A DNA stretch of 64,000 bases, taken from positions 1 through 64,000 of IMG/VR virus record IMGVR_UViG_3300033997_000243; one strand, 5' to 3'. The notes under the pieces are model-generated. The model ran no database searches and had not been told where the DNA came from. It saw nothing but the letters and a program-made list of their open reading frames with translations. The position numbers were made by a program, and so were the translations under genes. Numbering within the stretch: the stretch's first letter is position 1; the number at the start of each line of letters is the position of its first letter. Positions 57,038 through 64,000 of this stretch are shown in pieces.

Positions 57038-57958
57038 ATGTTTGGTAGCATGATTGTAGCCAGCGACTATTGGAGACACTTTATACCTTTTGCTCCTGAC
57101 ATTGAAGTATCAGTCACTTTGGGGCAAGAGGTATTTATTGATCTTGAGCCTTATATAATTCAGGGCGCTCGTGATTTCTTTGATAGTTCAAGTCCAGATC
57201 CTTTAGTTCTACCTTTACGTGTTCCTGTTCAACGTGGTTGGCGTTTGGATTATATTGCTGAAGTTATGCCAAAGAAAGGCACTTTACGAAAAGATGAATT
57301 CAAGAAAGGATTTATTTATAGACCTTATGGTGAGATTGGTAATACGGAGGATTGCTTTAACTATCAATTCAGCAATGGAACACAAAAATCCAATTTTGGC
57401 AAAATCTCTATAAATGTAATTGAGCCATTTAAAGTAGATTGGAAAATATATGCTAAAACTCGTGATGATGTTACAGGTATATCTCCTGCGCGTTTCAGAA
57501 TGAGCATTAGCGTTGCGGCCAATCATCCAAGTTTCTTTCTTGATACGATTCACGGTTTCCGTTGGTACTATGAACGTATTTATGTGGATCAAGATGGCTT
57601 TGTTCGTAATGTAAGAACATTCATGTACGGATTTGAAACATTTACCAATTCAGATCAACGTACAACCATGATTGATCGCGCTAGAAATCTTAGCGAAAGA
57701 ACATTTAAAACAGACTCTGACATTGTTGGTATAGATCCTCGCACTAATCTGCGCTATGTACCAACAAACAAGTTTCCTAAAATAGAATGTGAGTTCTGGA
57801 ATTTTCCGTACTCAAGAAGAGTTTATTACGCTTCTGATAGCCCTGCTTTCTATTTGGTCACTGACATGAGCAGACCTGAAGTTTATACTTTACCAATCGA
57901 ATCTTTATTTACAAGAAGCTGGAACACCAGCGGAAAAATAATACTACCACCAGTGTAG
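57038..57958 (+). CDS. Hypothetical protein with an Ig-like (Big_9-type) domain
   Basis: P.KGTL...FIYRP...D.F.Y.FSNG...S..G.I.INV pattern. Confidence 0.55.
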   Translation: MFGSMIVASDYWRHFIPFAPDIEVSVTLGQEVFIDLEPYIIQGARDFFDSSSPDPLVLPLRVPVQRGWRLDYIAEVMPKKGTLRKDEFKKGFIYRPYGEIGNTEDCFNYQFSNGTQKSNFGKISINVIEPFKVDWKIYAKTRDDVTGISPARFRMSISVAANHPSFFLDTIHGFRWYYERIYVDQDGFVRNVRTFMYGFETFTNSDQRTTMIDRARNLSERTFKTDSDIVGIDPRTNLRYVPTNKFPKIECEFWNFPYSRRVYYASDSPAFYLVTDMSRPEVYTLPIESLFTRSWNTSGKIILPPV

Positions 57959-57966
57959 GGGAATTT

Positions 57967-59091
57967 ATGAGAGTTGCAGTTTATACAACATGCTTTAACA
58001 ATTTAAGTATCATTGAGAATTTTCTTGCGGAAACAAAGCAAGCAAGTTTGATCTTTATTATGGATCTTGGAAGTACAGATGGATCTTATGAAGCACTTAA
58101 AGCCGCTGAAAACTCAGATTCCAGAATTAAAGTTTCTGAATTTGGGGCTGCTAGTGGAATGGATTTGGCTGCGGCTAAAAACATGCTTCTTCATATGTGC
58201 CAAAATACTTATGCTGATTGGTGTGTAAATTTTAATATAGACTGCAACTTATCTTTATTTACTAAAGGTGGCTGGTTTTCCGCTCTGGAGAAAGCTGTTT
58301 CAGAAAATCCAAGCGCGACAAATTTTTCTATATCCCACTCACTTCTACAGTTAAGGGATAATAACACTACACTGGGTATTTCCTCCACAACACAAGTTAC
58401 CACTATTGTAAGTGGTACAGCTCGTGCTGTATGGGAACACCCAGTTTTTCCCGTTTTAAAGGCCGTTGGTGATAACGCTTATGCCAGCATTACAATGTCA
58501 ACCTCAAGTTTTGGTATCTATGATTTTATACAACAAAACATAGATTACTGGAACAAGAATCGTTCAAGTCAACTTGCCACTTATTATGCTGCTCGTGCGC
58601 TATCCAATAGCTCTAATATCAAAAGCTTTTTGCCTACACTAGAGGCAGCATTGAACCTTGAGCTTGATAGTAGTCTGGATCTATGTGTAGAAATTTGTTG
58701 TCTGTTAAATCAAATAACAGATGATAGTAAATTTTTATATCGTGCTCTTTCCTATTGCCCTACCTCAAGAGATGTATTTTATTCTCTTGCTCATGACTTT
58801 TTCTTGGATGAAGATTACTGGCAGTGTATAGGCATTTGTCATCAAATCCTCAAGATTCCTCAAGATGCTGATAATTTTATTGTATATCGCGATCCGAACA
58901 TTCTGTCAAAGACATATCACTTACTTTCCACTGCTTTATACAGAATTGATTCCGAGGTTTTACTTGGTGAATCCATAAAATACTTAGAGCAAGCTATTCA
59001 GCTAGATCCTAATTCTGTTGCACTTAAGAATGATTTAGCTAAGTTGATTCAAGCTGCTCAGGAGACTAATAGTGAAGAAAGTACAACTTGA
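57967..59091 (+). CDS. GT2-fold glycosyltransferase-like protein with C-terminal TPR repeats
   Basis: VAVY....N...I..F...IFIMDLGSTDGS...AAAKN...ADWC...W..PV; TPR-like YLEQAIQLDPN. The DxD position reads NID. Confidence 0.7.
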   Translation: MRVAVYTTCFNNLSIIENFLAETKQASLIFIMDLGSTDGSYEALKAAENSDSRIKVSEFGAASGMDLAAAKNMLLHMCQNTYADWCVNFNIDCNLSLFTKGGWFSALEKAVSENPSATNFSISHSLLQLRDNNTTLGISSTTQVTTIVSGTARAVWEHPVFPVLKAVGDNAYASITMSTSSFGIYDFIQQNIDYWNKNRSSQLATYYAARALSNSSNIKSFLPTLEAALNLELDSSLDLCVEICCLLNQITDDSKFLYRALSYCPTSRDVFYSLAHDFFLDEDYWQCIGICHQILKIPQDADNFIVYRDPNILSKTYHLLSTALYRIDSEVLLGESIKYLEQAIQLDPNSVALKNDLAKLIQAAQETNSEESTT

Positions 59092-60769
59092 TCTAGTGGA
59101 TTCATTGTTTGTATCTGAATCCGCAAGAAAAATAACTAAAGAGCCTGATTGGTGGAAAAAATTATCCACCAATCAGCAAAAGAAGTATCTGGAAAAACAC
59201 AAAACAAGTCAACTTGCCAAATACCTGCGTGAAAAAGAAGCGCAGAAAAAACGTCTGGCTAAAAAGAAGGCGGAACGTGCGAATAAAGCAGTTGACGTTG
59301 AACCTGAAGAACTTGATCAGGATATAGCGGAACTTGAAGTTCCAGAGCCTGAAGTTGATTTGGTTCCTCCACTGACTCCTGTAGATCCTGCTAAAAAGAA
59401 GGAAAGTATTTTTAGCAGATTACGTAAAGCTGTTGCTCCAATTTTAAAACGTAAGAAAAGATCTCCAGAAGAATTAGCGGTTGCTATAGAACGTGTAACT
59501 CGTGACGAAATTGATCGCAGAGCAAACGATAAATTTCCACAAGTCAGATCTACAATCGCAGAACAGACATCCAAATTTAGCAATAAAGTAAAATCTGTTG
59601 CTAGTGCCATAAGCGATCAATTATCACCTGCAAAGAAAAAAGAATTAGGTTCTTACCTTAAAGCAAAATCTAAGGGAATGAGTACCAAGAATGATTCTAA
59701 AGGTGAACAAGTTGCTCGTGATGTAGGTTTTGGTCTTGCTGAAGTTGCATTAGGCTTAGGTGCGTTAGTAGCAGTTTTTTCAGGTGCTGCTGTTATAGCT
59801 GGAGCATTGACTGCCGCTTATCTTGGTTTCCGTGATTATAAATCAACTATTCCACGTTCACGTAAAAAAGATATTCCTGTTCCACAACAAGAGCAAGAAA
59901 ATCCAGCTGAAGTTGAACAGAACTCTACTGAAACCAAAGCGCAGGAAAGCACTGATACAAGTAATCAACAAGAGACAGTTCCTTCTGAAACTAAAGTGGA
60001 AGAAGTTAAGACTGAGCCAGTTAAAGAAAAAGACGATCTAGATTTTGAAGATGACGATTCAGAACTTGATCGTATGCTGGAAAATGCACATAAAAGTTTA
60101 GAGGAAGAAGAACCTGCTTCTGAAAAAGCTCCAGAGGAATTGGAAAGTAAATCTTCTGATGCAGAAATTGAAGATGATCCTGTTGAATTCTTAACAGCTG
60201 ATTTTGCTGTGTGGTTACAAGATCAAGATTTAGATTTGATTGCACGTAAGATCTCTGAATACATTGCTATAGAAGAAATGAAGGCCGAAGGTTGGCAACC
60301 AAAGCTTAGTGATTTATCCGATGACGAACTTGACGCTGTTTTAAGTCCTCGTCAAGAAATAGAAGAACTTGTGTCCAATAGTTCTGATGACTCTGATGAA
60401 GATTACGAACAGCTTTATGTTGAAGTTTCTGACGATAAGCCTAAAAAGCTTACACTACGCTGCGATAAAGAATGCGCCAAACTTCCTGTTGATCAACGCT
60501 GGCGCTATAACTTACGCTTTGGAAATCGTATTATAGGAAATATTCGTTGTGTTGACAAAACAACCGGCGGAAAATTTTCACGTAAATGGATATGTGTGTT
60601 AGAGGATGGATTTGACGAAAGCGTATATCGTTCAGGTCGTCCAATTAAAAATGATCAACCGTACACACTTATCAAACGCGGAAAAATTTATCTTGTTCAG
60701 CCAATCAAACAAACATTTGATGAATGTTATGCTTGGGCTAAATTGAACATAGACAAGGAATTTTTATGA
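59072..60769 (+). CDS. Hypothetical protein with central hydrophobic hairpin and acidic linkers
   Basis: GGAG RBS and GTG start; WWKKLS..QQKKYLEKH motif; hydrophobic GFGLAEVALGLGALVAVFSGAAVIAGALTAAYLGF. Confidence 0.75.
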   Translation: MKKVQLDLVDSLFVSESARKITKEPDWWKKLSTNQQKKYLEKHKTSQLAKYLREKEAQKKRLAKKKAERANKAVDVEPEELDQDIAELEVPEPEVDLVPPLTPVDPAKKKESIFSRLRKAVAPILKRKKRSPEELAVAIERVTRDEIDRRANDKFPQVRSTIAEQTSKFSNKVKSVASAISDQLSPAKKKELGSYLKAKSKGMSTKNDSKGEQVARDVGFGLAEVALGLGALVAVFSGAAVIAGALTAAYLGFRDYKSTIPRSRKKDIPVPQQEQENPAEVEQNSTETKAQESTDTSNQQETVPSETKVEEVKTEPVKEKDDLDFEDDDSELDRMLENAHKSLEEEEPASEKAPEELESKSSDAEIEDDPVEFLTADFAVWLQDQDLDLIARKISEYIAIEEMKAEGWQPKLSDLSDDELDAVLSPRQEIEELVSNSSDDSDEDYEQLYVEVSDDKPKKLTLRCDKECAKLPVDQRWRYNLRFGNRIIGNIRCVDKTTGGKFSRKWICVLEDGFDESVYRSGRPIKNDQPYTLIKRGKIYLVQPIKQTFDECYAWAKLNIDKEFL

Positions 60770-61311
60770 AAAAAGCTAAATTGTTTTTAAGTACATCAGG
60801 TGTCAGTGCTATTGTAAAAGGCTACCAGACTCCTGTTTATATGGCTGCACTTCAATGCTTTCCGCCAAATCAACAACTTGATGTTAAAAGAGCTGTTGAG
60901 CAAATAGATTTCTTAGGTAAGCAAGCACTTAAAGAAATGAAAGTCGCTGTTGTTCCTGCGGGTAACAGTGAATTTACTCAAGGAAAGCTTGCCAGCGATT
61001 TAGAAAGTTTACAGCAAGCTTATCAAGCAAGCTTAAGCGGCCACAATAACAAACACGAGTTATACAACTTATTCAATAGTTTGCGTAACCGTGTTGAGTT
61101 GGAAATACGTAAAGAATTTCCTCTTGCAAGTCTTGTAGAAATGTTTGCTTATCTTGACGTTATTTGCAAACACTTTATCGAACAAAATAAAGGCATCGAT
61201 CTTATTTCTGATTACATATTTACTGATGGTCAGAAATTTAAACGTAATCCCACACTGTTGCTTGCTCAGCAAAAACGCTTAGAGCAGCAAATTGCTGAAA
61301 ACATTGATTAA
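60766..61311 (+). CDS. Hypothetical protein
   Basis: AAGGA RBS; leader MKKAKLFLSTSG. Confidence 0.75.
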   Translation: MKKAKLFLSTSGVSAIVKGYQTPVYMAALQCFPPNQQLDVKRAVEQIDFLGKQALKEMKVAVVPAGNSEFTQGKLASDLESLQQAYQASLSGHNNKHELYNLFNSLRNRVELEIRKEFPLASLVEMFAYLDVICKHFIEQNKGIDLISDYIFTDGQKFKRNPTLLLAQQKRLEQQIAENID

Positions 61312-61324
61312 GGAGAAGTACACA

Positions 61325-62119
61325 ATGGTTCCTGTTAAGTTAAATACGGATATAGGTAAGTTTGTATCTTCTTCTTTTGATATTGGCCGTTATTCAGTTC
61401 GTGAAGGTGAAGGTCGCGGTATAGATCTGCACAAACTTTCAAAAAACAATATGGCAATCACAGCTAAACCAGAAATGGTTGGTGGCTGTGAGGGTGTTGT
61501 ACTTGATGTTAATGCTTGGCTTCCAGCCGCTGCAAAAGTTTACAACACAAGTCCTGATATTCGTGATTATGTAATGGTTCCTACTCCGGCATTAATCACA
61601 GATCTGCCAAATACAAATGGCGATAGTGCAAGCTTGAGTGAGTTGTTACAGTTCAAACCTAAGTTGGGTATGCAAGCATACAAAACTTACAAAGGTAAAC
61701 CAACTTTCCGCGAACATGATAATCAGGATCACACCAAAGCGCGTGGCATTATTTTAGATGCTTATTTAAAACCGCTTCGTGGTTTCCGTAACAATCACGC
61801 AAAATTAATTCTGCTGTTGGCATATGATCGTACTCGTGATCCTGAAATCTGTAATCGCATTCTGACAAACGAATGCAATACGCATAGCGTAGGATTTTAT
61901 TACACAAGTTACACTTGCAGTTATTGCGGCCACACTACCCACCAAGACACTATGTTAACTTGTTCACATACTCGTTTAGGTCGCAAGCCGTACTTGAAAG
62001 ATGGGCAAATTGTTTACCGTTGGTGTCACGATTCAACTGGTTTTGAATGCAGCCAAGTTGAAAATCCGGCTTACGTAAGTAACCAACACGATCCTAAAAA
62101 CATTATGATGGTGCGCTAA
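61325..62119 (+). CDS. Prohead (capsid maturation) serine protease, HK97/herpes-type, with Zn-finger insert
   Basis: N.NGD, F.EH (His), HSVG (Ser), CSYC...CSH insert and FECSQVENPA (E.S.V..PA). AAGGAG RBS before ATG 61325. Confidence 0.7.
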   Translation: MVPVKLNTDIGKFVSSSFDIGRYSVREGEGRGIDLHKLSKNNMAITAKPEMVGGCEGVVLDVNAWLPAAAKVYNTSPDIRDYVMVPTPALITDLPNTNGDSASLSELLQFKPKLGMQAYKTYKGKPTFREHDNQDHTKARGIILDAYLKPLRGFRNNHAKLILLLAYDRTRDPEICNRILTNECNTHSVGFYYTSYTCSYCGHTTHQDTMLTCSHTRLGRKPYLKDGQIVYRWCHDSTGFECSQVENPAYVSNQHDPKNIMMVR

Positions 62120-63039
62120 TGGAATTCAGATACAATTCAGATACTCCATTCCAATTAGGTGAATGGTTTAAAATAGAGCGTAATCATTTCTGGCATGTGT
62201 ACTTAGATTCACGTATTAAAATTCGTGATGACAAAGGCGCTGTTGCTGTAGTTGATGAACGTACTTTGCGAGATCTTGTTGAAAAAAGCTTAATGCTTAA
62301 TGGCGATCCTGCTTTGTTCGATTCTGTTTGGATTACACTAAACAACATTAAACCTGTTGCCATTGACTCTAAGGATATTGTTAGCGAAAGTGCAACATTG
62401 AATTACAACTACCGTGTTGTTCTTCAACCTCCTGCAATTAAAAAAGCGCATCCATTAGCAATAGGTTTTCTTGAGGAAAATCTTGAACGCAGAAGAAATG
62501 AATGGTGCTACCCATTAGCTGACATTGAGCGTAAGGCCGTAAATCAAGCTTTAGATTACACAGGATTTAAGAAGAAGATCAACTTAAATCATTTTATTCT
62601 GTGTAAATCTGATGTAGTACCTACTTGCTTCAGTCGTCAAACCGATGCCTCTATAAAAGCGCGTCAGTTGCTTGTTCTGAACTTCAATCAACTTCAAGGC
62701 TTACGTTCAGGTGCAATAACTTCAGGATTCCTTGCTCAAGTTATCACGCACGAGCTTGCTCACTTTTTAATGTATGATGGCATTGTACGTCAATCTCAGA
62801 TGGAGCGTTACAAACAAGCTTTGGTTGCAAGACGTTTGCATCCAGATCAATTTAATCATGCAGGATATACTTATCCTTGGTATGAAGAAGCTTGGGCTAC
62901 ATTGTGTGAGTATATGGTTCACGGTAAATCTGAACGTGGTTTAAGCTGCACAGATGGTTGGGAACTTGCAAAACAATACTTCGATAACAACTTTTTAATT
63001 AACGGAAATCCAACTGGTGATCGCTTAATTAAAATTTAA
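62119..63039 (+). CDS. Zincin metallopeptidase-like protein
   Basis: ITHELAHF (HExxH) with downstream EEAWA third ligand. Confidence 0.65.
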   Translation: MEFRYNSDTPFQLGEWFKIERNHFWHVYLDSRIKIRDDKGAVAVVDERTLRDLVEKSLMLNGDPALFDSVWITLNNIKPVAIDSKDIVSESATLNYNYRVVLQPPAIKKAHPLAIGFLEENLERRRNEWCYPLADIERKAVNQALDYTGFKKKINLNHFILCKSDVVPTCFSRQTDASIKARQLLVLNFNQLQGLRSGAITSGFLAQVITHELAHFLMYDGIVRQSQMERYKQALVARRLHPDQFNHAGYTYPWYEEAWATLCEYMVHGKSERGLSCTDGWELAKQYFDNNFLINGNPTGDRLIKI

Positions 63040-63048
63040 GGAAAACAT

Positions 63049-63447
63049 ATGAAAATCAAAGTATTCGTTTCGCAAAGTTCGTACTCTTTGGCCAGACTTA
63101 AAGCATCTGACTCTAAATTCAGACAGTTGGCTGACGACAGATTTACTTCGTCACAAATCAAAAAACTTATGACCAAAGGAACGAAACTTCTTATGGTTGT
63201 TACAGGTGCTTACACACGTAAGGCTGATAACAAAGTAACTCCACAACTAAACAAATATACTCTTGTCATCAAAGAAGTTGAAATAGCTGGCAACGGAAAA
63301 TTAAAAAGAGTGTTGATTGCTCCAGAAGGTAAACATTCAAAAGATGAAATTAAACCTTTATCTGCGGCTGCTTTGGCAAAACTGTTGAACGGCGAAAAGG
63401 CTACTCTTAAATCTAAGAAAGGCACCAAAAGTGCTTCTCTTAAATAA
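63049..63447 (+). CDS. Small basic hypothetical protein, paralogue of the next gene
   Basis: AAGGA RBS; leader MKIKVFVSQSS. Confidence 0.75.
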   Translation: MKIKVFVSQSSYSLARLKASDSKFRQLADDRFTSSQIKKLMTKGTKLLMVVTGAYTRKADNKVTPQLNKYTLVIKEVEIAGNGKLKRVLIAPEGKHSKDEIKPLSAAALAKLLNGEKATLKSKKGTKSASLK

Positions 63448-63465
63448 ATTCAATAGGAAAATCTT

Positions 63466-64000
63466 ATGAAAATTCAAGTTATGTTGTCTGAGAGCGCAGA
63501 TTTAACTGCTGCCCAAGAAAAGAAAATTGTTGTTGGCGGTACTTTTACTTTATATACAATAGTATCAACTAAAAAGACTCCACCAAGACCGAGCATTGGC
63601 TTTATTCCGAAAGAAACTATAGAGCGCTACAAAAAGATGCCTCCTGTTATAACAAAGGCGGCCACTAACTATCGTATAACCGAAGTGAATAGCACTAAAT
63701 CTGGATCAGTTAAATCCATAGTTGCTGTTGCAGAGCGTGACAATTCTCTTACACGTAAGCATCCCGGCAATTTATCAACTTTAACATTAACTAAAGCTAA
63801 ACTTTTGAGTTTAATCGGAAACAAAATAACAAAAGAAGATGTTGGAAGTCAGAGTATAACACTTACTACAAATTCTAAAGATACAACAGCATTCTTTAAC
63901 AAAACTGAGGCAAAAGACAAACAACGCATAAAAGCCTTAGATGAACAAATAGCTAAACTTCAAAAACAACGTGAAGAATTAGCTGGAGTTCAGAAAAAGC
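63466..64000 (+). CDS. Basic hypothetical protein (runs off the window end)
   Basis: AGGA RBS; ATG 63466, MKIQVMLSESADLTAAQEKK...; open to 64000. Confidence 0.75.
   Translation, partial: MKIQVMLSESADLTAAQEKKIVVGGTFTLYTIVSTKKTPPRPSIGFIPKETIERYKKMPPVITKAATNYRITEVNSTKSGSVKSIVAVAERDNSLTRKHPGNLSTLTLTKAKLLSLIGNKITKEDVGSQSITLTTNSKDTTAFFNKTEAKDKQRIKALDEQIAKLQKQREELAGVQKK

Noticed and set aside
891-63428. All minus-strand ORFs and nested alternative-frame plus-strand ORFs in the track (e.g. 14110-14709, 26316-26801)
   Set aside because: They are shadows of longer + strand genes, often the antisense of Lys- or Glu-rich low-complexity coding sequence, and show no motifs.

Overview
This AT-rich window (roughly 35-37% GC by eye) is densely coding, with every credible gene on the + strand. 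It reads as a segment of a large contractile-tailed (jumbo myovirus-like) phage genome. Gene content resembles the Lu11/PaBG/phiRSL1/Y3-like jumbo phages; this is recalled, not searched. Replication and repair genes include a DnaX-like clamp loader, a DnaN-like clamp, an SbcC/SbcD nuclease pair, a UvsW-like helicase, an NAD+-dependent ligase, a 2022-aa SNF2-family helicase and a family A DNA polymerase. The polymerase has an N-terminal UDG-like domain and is split by an 857-nt group I intron (30202-31058) carrying an HNH homing endonuclease. Other genes encode HAD, metallophosphoesterase, DHH and Nudix enzymes, a histone H1-like protein, and virion proteins (tail sheath, paralogous fibre-like proteins, prohead protease). 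Six observations stand out. (1) Many late proteins, including the SNF2 helicase, share an N-terminal leader ending in S-x-S, a candidate capsid-targeting and maturation-cleavage code. (2) A QRGLF/ERGLF clamp-binding-like motif occurs in the Pol A thumb and the helicase tail. (3) The window starts with an oriC-like GATC-dense non-coding region. (4) A multibranch structured RNA candidate lies at 2914-3100. (5) A hairpin hides the homing endonuclease start codon and duplicates the intron P7 strand. (6) A recurrent ACTGTAAAT promoter-like motif precedes replication genes. All functional calls come from reading motifs by eye; no searches were run.
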